From Flavobacteriales bacterium (GTDB lineage Bacteria > Bacteroidota > Bacteroidia > Flavobacteriales_C > GCA-002722245): DNA of 64,000 nucleotides. The notes under the pieces are model-generated. The model did no database searches and was not told the DNA's origin. It worked only from the letters and a program-made list of their open reading frames with translations. Positions within the stretch are counted from its first letter, which is position 1; every line of letters begins with the position of its first letter. The stretch is taken from NCBI GenBank assembly GCA_049430665.1, contig JBMTCG010000002.1:4792-68791 (forward strand), in the 5' to 3' direction. The position numbers were made by a program, and so were the translations under genes. Positions 41,159-51,472 of the stretch are shown piece by piece.

Positions 41159-42919
41159 ATGAACGTTACACGCACCTTCGACCTCCTTGATTATTGCACC
41201 AAGGAAAGACCTTTAGATATCGCTTTCTCTAATAAAATTAGCGGTAATTGGATCAAATACAATTCATCGGAATACAAGGAAACCGCTATTAATCTTAGTT
41301 ATGGCTTCCTTCAACTCGGATTGCAAAAAGATGATAAAGTAGTTATTATTAGCAGCAATAACCGTCCGGAATGGAATTTTGTAGATATGGGACTTTCTCA
41401 AATTGGCGCCGTAAGTGTGCCTGTTTATCCTACCAGTAGTGAAGAAGATTACAAATTTATTTTCAATGACGCTGAAGCAAAATACGTCATTGTTTCCGAT
41501 AAGGAGCTTTACGAGAAAGTAAAAAGAGTGATGCCCAATGTGCCCAGCATTAAAGATGTTTATACCTTCAATGAAGTTGCGGGCGCTAAAAATTGGAAAG
41601 ACATTGAGAAAGCAGGGAAGGCAAATCCAGTTCCCGAAAAACTAGAAGAATGTAAAAAAAGCGTAGGTGCTGATGATTTACTTACTTTGATTTACACCTC
41701 AGGAACAACCGGAACACCCAAAGGAGTAATGCTTACGCATAGAAATTTAGTAAGTAATTTTATTACGGGCGCTTCCTTAACGCCATTCGGTTATCACGAT
41801 AAGGCATTAAGTTTTTTACCAATTTGCCACGTTTTTGAAAGAATGTTGGTGTACATGTATCAGTACGTAGGTGTATCTGTTTATTATGCCGAAAGTATTG
41901 ATACTATTGGTGATAATATTAGAGAAGTGAAGCCTCATACCTTCACCGCTGTTCCCCGATTGATTGAAAAAGTTTACGATAAAATAGTTGCTGGAGGTAG
42001 TTCGAAACCAGCATTGCAAAAAATGATTTTCAATTGGGCTACGAAAGTGGCAGTGGATTACGATTTCAATAAAGGTGCTTGGTATAATTTAAAACATAAA
42101 ATCGCGGATAAGCTGGTGTACAGCAAAATTCGCGAAAATTTAGGTGGAAATGTAATATGTATTGTGTCTGGTAGCGCCGCTTTGCAGCCTCGTTTGCAAA
42201 AATTCTTTTGGGCGGCCGGCTTGCCTGTTTTAGAGGGTTACGGACTCACAGAAACATCGCCAGTAATTGCGGTGAATTTATTGGGAGAAGGCAAAACCAA
42301 ATTCGGAACAGTAGGCGAGGTGATTTCCGATGTGGAGGTGAAAATTGCCGAAGATGGTGAGATATTGGTGAAGGGTCCGAATGTGATGAAAGGCTATTAC
42401 AAACGACCTGATCTTACTGAACAAACCATAATTAACGGTTGGTTTCATACCGGTGACATTGGCGTTTTCGACGGTAAAATGCTTAAAATCAACGATCGTA
42501 AAAAAGAGATGTTTAAGACTTCAGGCGGGAAGTATCTTTGTCCGCAACCTATCGAAAATAAATTCAAAGAGTCACCATACATCGAGCAAATGATGGTAAT
42601 TGGTGAAAATCAAAAACATGCTTCTGCCTATATTGTTCCAGCTTTTGCCGAAGTGAAAAAATGGTTGAAAGAACAAAACATAGAACCTCAAAACAACAAG
42701 GAATTGATTGAAAACAAAAGTGTTTTGAAATTAATTCAAGATGAAGTAAATAGATTCAATCAGCAATTGGGTAAGGTGGAGCAAATCAAGAAATTTGAGT
42801 TGATAGACCATGAATGGACCACCGAAGGCGGAGAGCTTACGCCTACGCTGAAACCAAAGCGAAAAATCATTATGGAAAAGCATAAAAATCTTTTCAACAA
42901 GATTTACGGAATAAATTAA
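41159..42919 (+). CDS. Long-chain fatty acid-CoA ligase
   Basis: YTSGTTGTPKG, EGYGLTE, WFHTGD, LTPTLK; ATG at 41159. Confidence 0.92.
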   Translation: MNVTRTFDLLDYCTKERPLDIAFSNKISGNWIKYNSSEYKETAINLSYGFLQLGLQKDDKVVIISSNNRPEWNFVDMGLSQIGAVSVPVYPTSSEEDYKFIFNDAEAKYVIVSDKELYEKVKRVMPNVPSIKDVYTFNEVAGAKNWKDIEKAGKANPVPEKLEECKKSVGADDLLTLIYTSGTTGTPKGVMLTHRNLVSNFITGASLTPFGYHDKALSFLPICHVFERMLVYMYQYVGVSVYYAESIDTIGDNIREVKPHTFTAVPRLIEKVYDKIVAGGSSKPALQKMIFNWATKVAVDYDFNKGAWYNLKHKIADKLVYSKIRENLGGNVICIVSGSAALQPRLQKFFWAAGLPVLEGYGLTETSPVIAVNLLGEGKTKFGTVGEVISDVEVKIAEDGEILVKGPNVMKGYYKRPDLTEQTIINGWFHTGDIGVFDGKMLKINDRKKEMFKTSGGKYLCPQPIENKFKESPYIEQMMVIGENQKHASAYIVPAFAEVKKWLKEQNIEPQNNKELIENKSVLKLIQDEVNRFNQQLGKVEQIKKFELIDHEWTTEGGELTPTLKPKRKIIMEKHKNLFNKIYGIN

Positions 42920-42993
42920 TTGAAAATCATTCCGATTTTAGGCTAGAAAACATGAAATTCTTCTTATTTTTATAAATTGTAATTACTTTTTTA

Positions 42994-45399
42994 ATGAAAA
43001 GACACATCAGAAAAGCAGTAGTATTGGGTTCTGGAGTAATGGGTTCTCGTATTGCTTGTCATTTTTCCAATGTTGGCATTAATGTTATGTTGCTGGATAT
43101 TGCTCCTAAAGAGTTGAACGACGCTGAAAAAGCTGCTGGTTTAGCACTCGACAACAAAAAAGTAAAAAATAGAATAGTGAATGATGCTTTGGCTAGTGCC
43201 ATTAAATCAAATCCATCACCTTTATACAAAAAATCAGATGCTAGATTGATTTCTACTGGTAATTTTGATGATGATATGGCAAAGATTGCCGATGCCGATT
43301 GGATTATCGAAGTTGTAGTAGAAAATTTAAATATCAAGAAAGTTGTTTTCGAACAAGTTGAGAAATTCCGTAAACCGGGCGCCCTCATCACTTCAAATAC
43401 TTCTGGTATTCCTATCGAAATGATGTTGGATGGTCGTTCAGATGATTTTCAAAAACATTTTTGTGGTACGCACTTCTTCAATCCTCCAAGATATTTAAAG
43501 CTTTTAGAAGTAATTCCTTCTTCTAAAACTTTGCCTGAAGTCACTCAATTCTTCATGGAGTTTGGCGATTTGATTTTAGGTAAAACAACCGTTTTATGTA
43601 AAGATACTCCTGCTTTTATCGCCAATAGAATTGGGGTTTTCTCTATTATGAGTTTATTTCATCAAGTGGAGGAAATGGGCTTGAGCATTGATGAGGTGGA
43701 TAAGTTAACTGGACCAGTTTTGGGCCGTCCGAAATCAGCTACCTTCCGAACTTGCGACGTTGTAGGTTTAGATACTTTGGTAAAAGTAGCACAAGGTGTT
43801 CAACAAAACTGTCCGAAAGACGAAGCCAATTCAGTTTTTGCCATTCCGGGCTATATCAGTCAGATGGTAGAAAAAGGTTGGTTAGGCTCTAAATCAAAAC
43901 AAGGATTTTACAAACAAGATAAAAGTTCGGGTAAAAAAGAAATTCTTTCTTTGAACCTGAAAACATTAGAATACGAAGCCAAAAAGAAAGTAAATTTTGC
44001 CACTTTAGAAATGGCGAAAAACGAAGACAACTTAGTTAAAAGAGTAAAGATATTGGCTTCTGGTCCTGATAAAGCAGGTGATTTTTACAGAAAAAGTTTT
44101 ACGGCTTTATTTGTTTATGTATCGAACAGAGTTCCAGAAATTTCAGATGAACTGTACAAAATTGATCAGGCGATGAAAGCTGGATTCGGTTGGGAGTTAG
44201 GACCATTTGAGTTGTGGGATGCTGTAGGTGTTAAAGAAGCTGCAGGCTTAATGCAAAAAGCAGGAGTTCAACCAGCTGCATGGGTAGCAAAAATGTTAGA
44301 ATCGGGCAAAAACAGTTTCTACATTATTGAGAACGGAAGCAAAAAATACTACGATGCTGCAAGTGGAAGCTACAAAGCAATACATGGAGCTGAAAACTTT
44401 ATCATTTTAGATAATCTTAGAGCAAGCAATGTGGTTTGGAAAAACTCAGGCTCTACTCTTTTTGATATTGGTGATGGTGTATTGAACCTAGAATTCCACA
44501 CCAAAATGAATACTATGGGTAGTGAAGTGATTCAGGGAATCAACAAAGCTATCGATATTGCCGAGCAAGAAGGTTGGAAAGGATTGGTGATTGGTAGTCA
44601 GGGTGCAAATTTCTCTGCTGGAGCCAACCTTGGAATGCTATTTATGTTTGCTGCCGACCAAGAATGGGATGAAGTAGATTTCGCTATCCGCGCTTTCCAA
44701 AAAACAATGATGAGAGTTCGTTATTCAGCAATACCTGTTGTTGTTGCGCATTATCAATTGGCTTTGGGTGGTGGTTGTGAAATTGCTTTACATGCCGATC
44801 AAATTCAAGCGCATGCTGAAACCTATGTTGGATTGGTAGAAGTTGGTGCCGGATTAATTCCTGGTGGCGGTGGAACAAAGGAATTTGCATTACGAATTGC
44901 AGATGCTACCTTTGATGGCGACATTGAATTACCAGGTTTGAAAAATGCGTTCTTAACTATAGGTATGGCAAAAGTAGCGACTTCGGCACACGAAGCTTTC
45001 GACTTAGGCTACTATATGAAAGGGAGAGATCGTGTTACCTTAAATCAAGATAGACTAATCACCGATGCAAAAGAATCAGTATTGAGATTGGCTCATCAAG
45101 GCTATGTTCAACCAGTTATGAGAAGAAACATTCGTGTTTTGGGTAGAGAAGGATTGGGGATGGTGTATGCTGGCGCAAACACAATGTTCTCAGGGGGTTA
45201 TATCTCTGAGCATGATAAATTGATATCAGAAAAATTAGGATATGTGATGTGTGGTGGTGATATTTCTGCTAGAACTGAAGTATCTGAACAATATTTACTT
45301 GACCTAGAAAGAGAAGCATTTTTATCTCTTTGCGGTACCAAGAAAACATTGGAAAGAATACAAAGTATTTTAACAACTGGAAAACCGTTAAGAAACTAA
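42994..45399 (+). CDS. 3-hydroxyacyl-CoA dehydrogenase/enoyl-CoA hydratase (FadN-type)
   Basis: GSGVMG, SNTSG, HFFNPPRY; C-terminal crotonase motifs FSAGANL and GGGCE; ends GKPLRN. Confidence 0.94.
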   Translation: MKRHIRKAVVLGSGVMGSRIACHFSNVGINVMLLDIAPKELNDAEKAAGLALDNKKVKNRIVNDALASAIKSNPSPLYKKSDARLISTGNFDDDMAKIADADWIIEVVVENLNIKKVVFEQVEKFRKPGALITSNTSGIPIEMMLDGRSDDFQKHFCGTHFFNPPRYLKLLEVIPSSKTLPEVTQFFMEFGDLILGKTTVLCKDTPAFIANRIGVFSIMSLFHQVEEMGLSIDEVDKLTGPVLGRPKSATFRTCDVVGLDTLVKVAQGVQQNCPKDEANSVFAIPGYISQMVEKGWLGSKSKQGFYKQDKSSGKKEILSLNLKTLEYEAKKKVNFATLEMAKNEDNLVKRVKILASGPDKAGDFYRKSFTALFVYVSNRVPEISDELYKIDQAMKAGFGWELGPFELWDAVGVKEAAGLMQKAGVQPAAWVAKMLESGKNSFYIIENGSKKYYDAASGSYKAIHGAENFIILDNLRASNVVWKNSGSTLFDIGDGVLNLEFHTKMNTMGSEVIQGINKAIDIAEQEGWKGLVIGSQGANFSAGANLGMLFMFAADQEWDEVDFAIRAFQKTMMRVRYSAIPVVVAHYQLALGGGCEIALHADQIQAHAETYVGLVEVGAGLIPGGGGTKEFALRIADATFDGDIELPGLKNAFLTIGMAKVATSAHEAFDLGYYMKGRDRVTLNQDRLITDAKESVLRLAHQGYVQPVMRRNIRVLGREGLGMVYAGANTMFSGGYISEHDKLISEKLGYVMCGGDISARTEVSEQYLLDLEREAFLSLCGTKKTLERIQSILTTGKPLRN

Positions 45400-45412
45400 T
45401 ATATTTGTATCC

Positions 45413-46009
45413 GTGAAACTGAAAAACAACTTATTGCTACTCTTGTTCTTTTTGGCATTTTTGCCATCAATCAATATGCTTGCGCAGCCTCCTTCAGATG
45501 AGGAAATGATAGAGGAAAAACCTAGAAATCTCCCTAGTTCTGACCGTGACCATAGAAATAAAAAAGATTTTACAGGCAGAAAATGGGGTGTTTGGAAAAC
45601 CTATTCTATTGATAAACTATTGATTTTGGAAGTAGAGTATTACAATGGTCAGCGTCACGGAAAATACGCCAGATACAACGGTGTTAGTGGAAAACCGATG
45701 GAAGTAGTGAATTATTTTTACGGTGTGAAAGATGGAGCATACCAAAAGTATTATGGTACAGGAGATTTAAGAATGGAAGGGGAGTATGACAATGGCAAAA
45801 GAAAGGGTACTTGGACTTACTATTATCAAGGAACAGGTACAATAAAAATGGTTGGAGAGTACGTGAATGGTCAGAAAGAGGGAGAATGGAAATATTATGA
45901 CAAAAAAGAAAACCTTGTGAAGACAGAAGTGTATAAGAACGGTCAGAATATGTCTGCACCTGCTCCTAAAAAGGAGGAGAAAAAAGACGATAAAACCAAA
46001 ACCAAGTAA
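45413..46009 (+). CDS. Exported MORN-variant repeat protein (YwqK-like)
   Basis: Signal peptide; repeated Y.NG.++G.W..Y units; TATATTTG at 45400-45407, 5 nt before the GTG. Confidence 0.82.
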   Translation: MKLKNNLLLLLFFLAFLPSINMLAQPPSDEEMIEEKPRNLPSSDRDHRNKKDFTGRKWGVWKTYSIDKLLILEVEYYNGQRHGKYARYNGVSGKPMEVVNYFYGVKDGAYQKYYGTGDLRMEGEYDNGKRKGTWTYYYQGTGTIKMVGEYVNGQKEGEWKYYDKKENLVKTEVYKNGQNMSAPAPKKEEKKDDKTKTK

Positions 46010-46012
46010 TAC

Positions 46013-47191
46013 ATGGAAGTATACATTGTAGCCGGCTACCGTTCAGCAGTTGGTAAATCAAAAAAAGGAGGATTTAGATTTTTGCGTGCCGATGATTTAG
46101 GTGCGCAAGTTTTACAACATCTTGTGAAATCAATCCCAAATTTCGATCAAGAATTAATCGACGATATTATTTGTGGTAATGCTACTCCTGAGGCAGAACA
46201 GGGTTTAAACATTGGTCGAATGATTTCTCTAATTGGTTTGAACACCGTGAAAGTTCCCGGAATGACCATTAATAGATATTGTTCTTCTGGTTTAGAATCT
46301 ATTGCTCTTGCGCATGCCAAAATAAAAGCTGGTATGGCCGATTGTATCGTTGCCGGTGGCTTAGAGACAATGTCTCCTATTCCTTTTGGTGGTTGGAAAA
46401 TAGTTCCAAACTACAATGTTGCCAAAACCAATCCCGATTGGTATTGGGGAATGGGTTTAACGGCCGAACAAGTGGCTAAAGATTACAATGTATCTCGTGA
46501 AGATCAAGATATTTTCTCTTTGAATTCTCATTTGAAAGCTATTAAAGCCATTGAAGAAGGCAAGTTTAAAGAAGATATTGCTCCAATTACCATCAATGAA
46601 ATTTTCTTAGATATAAACGAAAAGCGTCAAGAAAGATCTTTTGTTGTTGATACCGATGAAGGTCCTCGTAAAGAAACAACTATTGAAGCTCTTACCAAAT
46701 TAAAACCTGTATTTGCTGCCAACGGTTCGGTAACTGCAGGAAACTCTTCGCAAACTTCTGATGGCGCTGCCTTTGTGATGTTGATGTCGGAAAAAATGGT
46801 GAAAGAACAAAACCTAGAACCTATCGCAAGATTGGTGAGTTATTCTGTTGCTGCACTAGAGCCAAGAGTAATGGGTGTTGGTCCGATTTACGCCATTCCA
46901 CAAGCCCTAAAAAAAGCTAATCTTAAATTAAAAGATATTGATTTGATTGAATTAAACGAAGCATTTGCTTCTCAATCACTTGCTGTAATTCGCGAATTAG
47001 AAATCGACCCAACTATTGTAAATCCAAACGGAGGAGCAATTGCTTTAGGTCACCCGCTGGGCTGCACAGGAGGAAAACTTTCTGTTCAGGTTTTCAATGA
47101 GTTACGTAGAAGAAATGGAAAATACGGAATGGTGACTATGTGTGTAGGAACAGGACAGGGTGCTGCAGGGGTTTTCGAATTCTTGAAATAA
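46013..47191 (+). CDS. fadA: Acetyl-CoA C-acyltransferase (3-ketoacyl-CoA thiolase)
   Basis: NRYCSSG, NEAFA, GHPLG, MCVGTGQG. Confidence 0.94.
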   Translation: MEVYIVAGYRSAVGKSKKGGFRFLRADDLGAQVLQHLVKSIPNFDQELIDDIICGNATPEAEQGLNIGRMISLIGLNTVKVPGMTINRYCSSGLESIALAHAKIKAGMADCIVAGGLETMSPIPFGGWKIVPNYNVAKTNPDWYWGMGLTAEQVAKDYNVSREDQDIFSLNSHLKAIKAIEEGKFKEDIAPITINEIFLDINEKRQERSFVVDTDEGPRKETTIEALTKLKPVFAANGSVTAGNSSQTSDGAAFVMLMSEKMVKEQNLEPIARLVSYSVAALEPRVMGVGPIYAIPQALKKANLKLKDIDLIELNEAFASQSLAVIRELEIDPTIVNPNGGAIALGHPLGCTGGKLSVQVFNELRRRNGKYGMVTMCVGTGQGAAGVFEFLK

Positions 47192-47257
47192 GCGAACCTA
47201 TTTCTTATCCTTCCGTACGACCCAACGTTCAATTGTCAAACATCAAATCATTATCTT

Positions 47258-49036
47258 ATGTCAAAAGCATTAAAAGGTGGGGAATTCTTAATTGCCGAAA
47301 CAGATTTCCAAAACGTTTTTATTCCTGAAGAGTGGAATGAAGAACAAACCATGATGGCTCAAACTTGTATAGACTTTCTTGCTGCAGAGGTTTTTCCAAA
47401 CTTAGATAGAATAGACAAGCAAGAAGAAGGATTAATGCCTTCTTTGTTGACTAAAGCTGGTGAGCTTGGTTTATTAGGCGTTTCTATTCCAGAAGCATAT
47501 GGAGGTTTTGGCGCTAACTTTAATACATCTTTATTGGTGAATGAAGCAACGGGAGGCGGGCACTCATTCGCTGTGTCATTGGCTGCTCACACAGGTATTG
47601 GAACTCTTCCTATTATGTACTATGGTAATGCCGCTCAAAAGGAAAAATATTTACCTAAACTTTCAACAGGAGAATTAAAGGCTTGTTATTGTTTAACTGA
47701 GCCTGGCTCTGGTTCTGATGCCAACTCTGGTAAAACACAAGCGATTCTTTCTGCTGATGGAAAATACTACACGTTGAACGGACAAAAAATGTGGATTACC
47801 AATGGTGGTTTTGCCGACATTTTTGTGGTATTTGCTAAAATCGATAAAGACGAAACTCTCTCTGCTTTCATTGTTGAAAAAGGATATGGTGGAATTACTT
47901 TAAATCCTGAAGAACATAAAATGGGTATCAAAGGTTCATCTACCCGTCAAGTATTTTTCAACGATTGTAAAGTTCCTGCTGAAAACCTATTAGGAGAAAG
48001 AGAAGGCGGATTTAAAATCGCTTTGAACATCTTGAATATCGGACGAATAAAATTGGCTGGAGCAACTTTAGGTGCTGCTAAAAAAGTGGTTACACAAGGT
48101 GTTGTTTACGCTAACGAAAGAAATCAATTCGGACGCGCTATTGCAAAATACGGAGCCATCAAACATAAAATTGGTGAACAAGCAATCAAAGTGTTTGCGC
48201 TTGAAACAGCTTTGTATCGTTGCGGACAAGCCATTGATGACTGGACCGACAAGTTAGTGGCCGAAGGTGTTGACAACGAAAAAGCAAAATTAGAAGGTGT
48301 TGAACAGTTTGCAATTGAAGCAGCTATTCTTAAAGTATATGGGTCAGAAACTTTAGATTTCGTTGTGGATGAAGGTGTGCAGATTTATGGTGGTATGGGC
48401 TTCTCTGCCCATGCGCCAATGGATCGTTCTTACAGAGATTCTCGTATCAACAGAATTTTTGAAGGAACCAACGAGATCAACCGTATGCTTACAGTAGATA
48501 TGATGCTGAAACGTGCGATGAAAGGGGAGTTGGATTTGATGGGGCCAGCGATGAGCGTGGCAAAAGAATTAATGACTGTACCTGATTTTGGCGATGGAGA
48601 CACTGCTCTTTTTGCAGCAGAAAATAAATACATCAAAAACTTCAAGAAAGCGGCTTTGATGACTGCAGGTGCAGCGGTACAAAAATTAATGCAAACGCTT
48701 TCTAAAGAGCAAGAAGTTATCATGAATATCTCTGATATGTTGATTGATATTTATGTTGCAGAATCGATGTTGTTGCGAGTACAGAAATTAGTAGCTCAAA
48801 AGGGTGAAGCAGCTTGTGCAGTTTACATCGATGCAATGAGAGTATTCTTCTTTGATGCTGCAGATAGAATCAACGTTGCAGGTAAGAATGCATTGTGTTC
48901 TTTCGCAGAAGGCGATGAAGCAAGAATGATGTTTATGGGCTTGAAACGTTTTACGAAAGTAGAACCTATCAATACCAAAGAAAGCAGAAGAAGAGTTGCT
49001 CAAGTGATTATCGACGAGAACAAATATTGTTTGTAA
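47258..49036 (+). CDS. Acyl-CoA dehydrogenase
   Basis: LTEPGSGSDA, GQKMWITN, R.QFG, RIFEGTNEI. Confidence 0.95.
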   Translation: MSKALKGGEFLIAETDFQNVFIPEEWNEEQTMMAQTCIDFLAAEVFPNLDRIDKQEEGLMPSLLTKAGELGLLGVSIPEAYGGFGANFNTSLLVNEATGGGHSFAVSLAAHTGIGTLPIMYYGNAAQKEKYLPKLSTGELKACYCLTEPGSGSDANSGKTQAILSADGKYYTLNGQKMWITNGGFADIFVVFAKIDKDETLSAFIVEKGYGGITLNPEEHKMGIKGSSTRQVFFNDCKVPAENLLGEREGGFKIALNILNIGRIKLAGATLGAAKKVVTQGVVYANERNQFGRAIAKYGAIKHKIGEQAIKVFALETALYRCGQAIDDWTDKLVAEGVDNEKAKLEGVEQFAIEAAILKVYGSETLDFVVDEGVQIYGGMGFSAHAPMDRSYRDSRINRIFEGTNEINRMLTVDMMLKRAMKGELDLMGPAMSVAKELMTVPDFGDGDTALFAAENKYIKNFKKAALMTAGAAVQKLMQTLSKEQEVIMNISDMLIDIYVAESMLLRVQKLVAQKGEAACAVYIDAMRVFFFDAADRINVAGKNALCSFAEGDEARMMFMGLKRFTKVEPINTKESRRRVAQVIIDENKYCL

Positions 49037-49056
49037 TTAATAATTAATTTTATGGA

Positions 49057-49087
49057 AAGGCTTTCGTGAATGCGGAAGCCTTTTTTT
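49057..49087 (+). terminator. Intrinsic terminator of the beta-oxidation operon
   Basis: aaggctttcg...cggaagcc followed by T7. Confidence 0.85.
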
Positions 49088-49222
49088 GTTCGAATATTTG
49101 TTTCAAGAATCATTTAAAAATACTTTAAATTCGATTTATCAAATAGGTCTTACGTTTTGTGCGTATATTTTCATTATTTGATAAGTAGTGAAAAGTCTCT
49201 GCATGTAGATACATTATAAAAT

Positions 49223-50209
49223 ATGCGATTGTTTATTCGAGAACTGGCTAGGTTCACCTTACTGCTATTAATTTTTATATGCTCCATGGATATGTTTCTC
49301 TGGAACCAAAATTCATTGTATAAGGAAAAGTTTGAAGGAGCTTTATTAAATAAAGATTCAATTGAAGTTGTTATTTTGGGCAACTCACATGCAAACTATG
49401 GCGTTGACCCTAGTGCCTTTAAGTCTTTTACTTACAATTTGGCTAATGTGAGTCAAAGTATATATTTCGATAAGAGAATTACATTATCATTATTACCAGA
49501 ATTGAAAAAACTGAAGTACGTTTTTATAAGCGTTGATTATCATAATTTGTATTTTTCTAGTCAAGGTGTTCGCGATAATTGGTCTTATTATGGTAATGGA
49601 ATAAAGTATAAAAACACAAATTATTTTCTCGCTAATTTATCGCCATCCCTTTTTGGTTACACATGGAAAGTTTCGTTTTCGTTGTTAAAAAAGAGAATCG
49701 GTAATAAATTAAGATATGGTCAAAAGGCCGTAGATTTTGATGTTGAGGAAGGTGTTAATGTCACTATTCCAATTAAAAGAGGTTTTGTTTCGTTGGAAAA
49801 GACCAATGAACATGAGTTTACAAAAGAATATTATAGAACTAGAAACATCTACTTCAACGATATAATAAAATCTTCGAATGAAAAGGAAGAAATTTTGAAA
49901 GATTTGGATGATTTTGTGCAAATATTATTGGCTCATCATGTAACTCCAATAATTTTTACTTCACCTACATTTATCGAATACAATAAATTTCTTGATACTT
50001 CCGTGTTGGATGGAAATGCAAAAGATATTTTTAAATTGTGTTCAAAATATAAGATTGAGTATTGGGATTTCATGAACAGTAATGTCTTTAGTAAAGATGA
50101 TTTTAATAATGTTGATCACCTTAATAGTAAAGGTGCATTGAAATTTGGAAGGTTACTTAATGACTCTTTGATTAATTTTCAAAAGAAGCGTGTCCTGGAG
50201 AAATATTGA
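49223..50209 (+). CDS. Membrane-anchored SGNH-like protein (AlgJ/DltD-like partner type), AT-rich
   Basis: N-terminal TM; ILGNSH, YNLA..SQ, F...DHLN..GA. Confidence 0.7.
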   Translation: MRLFIRELARFTLLLLIFICSMDMFLWNQNSLYKEKFEGALLNKDSIEVVILGNSHANYGVDPSAFKSFTYNLANVSQSIYFDKRITLSLLPELKKLKYVFISVDYHNLYFSSQGVRDNWSYYGNGIKYKNTNYFLANLSPSLFGYTWKVSFSLLKKRIGNKLRYGQKAVDFDVEEGVNVTIPIKRGFVSLEKTNEHEFTKEYYRTRNIYFNDIIKSSNEKEEILKDLDDFVQILLAHHVTPIIFTSPTFIEYNKFLDTSVLDGNAKDIFKLCSKYKIEYWDFMNSNVFSKDDFNNVDHLNSKGALKFGRLLNDSLINFQKKRVLEKY

Positions 50210-50212
50210 CGG

Positions 50213-51151
50213 CTAGAGAAAGTACAAAGCTAACAGTGCAATTACAAAAACGTCGAATAACCATTTTTTCTTAAAGTTATCAAAATACATAGAGCCTAAA
50301 AAGGTTAAGGGGAAAAGAAGAAATGATAATTCTGTGATAGAATTTGCACCAAAAAAGGAAAGGACTAAAACACCTAAAAATATTAACAGTATCACATCGT
50401 GAAACACCCGGTTTTTTAGAGTTTGTGTACGTTTGCTTACATAAGAGTAAAATACCACTAAGAGCAAAATTACTGCTGTGAAAAGGAATAGATAAGATTC
50501 AAAAATGATTTTGCCGAGTGCTTGAGGAATTTCAAATGCAATATTTTTTTGCATGAATAGTTTATTGGGTAAGTCATTGAAAAATTGAAAACACGAATAC
50601 AAATAATAAGGTATTACTGCTCCAAATAAAGGGAATATGTAGTCGCGCCATTTCAATGTTTTGTATACGCTTAAAGCAAAAATGGCCCAAGGAAAAATTA
50701 GGATTAATGGGAAGTAAAAGAAAGTCGCGCACCCAAACAAAAATCCAACATTCATCGATTGATAGGGTTTACCTTGACTTTGGTGGATAATCATCAATTG
50801 CTCCATTAAAAAAAGCAAGAATACAATCGAGAGCATTAGGTCTATGCTTGCTGCTGGTTTCCAAAAAACTAAACTCATAATCATGTAAAGGAATATTGGA
50901 AGCCCCCCTTTGAAATCCAATATTTTGTATTTAATCATCAATCTGTTTACCCAGAATACTGATGTGACCCAAAAAAGAATAAATAGTGCTCGATATAGCC
51001 AATCTAATTCAACCAAATGACGTAAATCGATGAAGTAAAAATCATTTACGAAAATTTCGCTTTGAAAAACTGAAATACAAAAACCAGCGGTTAGTAAAAG
51101 ATAGTAGAAATAGGACGAGAAGTTGTTGTTTTTTAGTGCGTTGAGAAACAT
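50213..51151 (-). CDS. Polytopic membrane protein (DUF6427-like)
   Basis: About nine TM helices; position next to purD matches my recollection of Bacteroidota synteny. Confidence 0.65.
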   Translation of the reverse strand: MFLNALKNNNFSSYFYYLLLTAGFCISVFQSEIFVNDFYFIDLRHLVELDWLYRALFILFWVTSVFWVNRLMIKYKILDFKGGLPIFLYMIMSLVFWKPAASIDLMLSIVFLLFLMEQLMIIHQSQGKPYQSMNVGFLFGCATFFYFPLILIFPWAIFALSVYKTLKWRDYIFPLFGAVIPYYLYSCFQFFNDLPNKLFMQKNIAFEIPQALGKIIFESYLFLFTAVILLLVVFYSYVSKRTQTLKNRVFHDVILLIFLGVLVLSFFGANSITELSFLLFPLTFLGSMYFDNFKKKWLFDVFVIALLALYFL

Positions 51152-51234
51152 GTCGCAAATTAAGCTAAAACTTTTGAATTTTACCTTTTCACTTTTGAAT
51201 AGAATTTATATCTTTACCACATAAATTTACAGTT

Positions 51235-51402
51235 ATGAGTTTAAATTCATTCTTCGCATCACTTCAAGATTTTTTCTACGCAACCTTTGAAATCCTTCCT
51301 GTTATTGGATATGGAGCGACTTGGTTCTTTAGTTTAACCATTAGTGCTTTGTTTTTGTACTGGACTGGCGTTTTGGCGAAGGAGCCGAAAAGCGATAAAT
51401 AG
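51235..51402 (+). CDS. 55-aa membrane peptide (DUF6341-like)
   Basis: MSLNSFFASLQDFFYATFEILPVIGYGATWFFSLTISALFLYWTGVLAKEPKSDK; followed by a terminator; absent from the ORF track. Confidence 0.75.
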   Translation: MSLNSFFASLQDFFYATFEILPVIGYGATWFFSLTISALFLYWTGVLAKEPKSDK

Positions 51403-51420
51403 AAATAGAGATATTCAACA

Positions 51421-51454
51421 AAAAAAGCCTCAATCGCTGATTGAGGCTTTTTTT
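51421..51454. terminator. Bidirectional terminator
   Basis: aaaaaagcctcaatc-gct-gattgaggctttttt. Confidence 0.88.
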
Positions 51455-51472
51455 ATTGGGAATTATCAAGTG

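Noticed and set aside
45413-46009. YwqK-like protein as the antitoxin of a toxin-immunity pair
   Set aside because: No adjacent toxin gene; MORN-variant repeat proteins are common exported proteins in Bacteroidota
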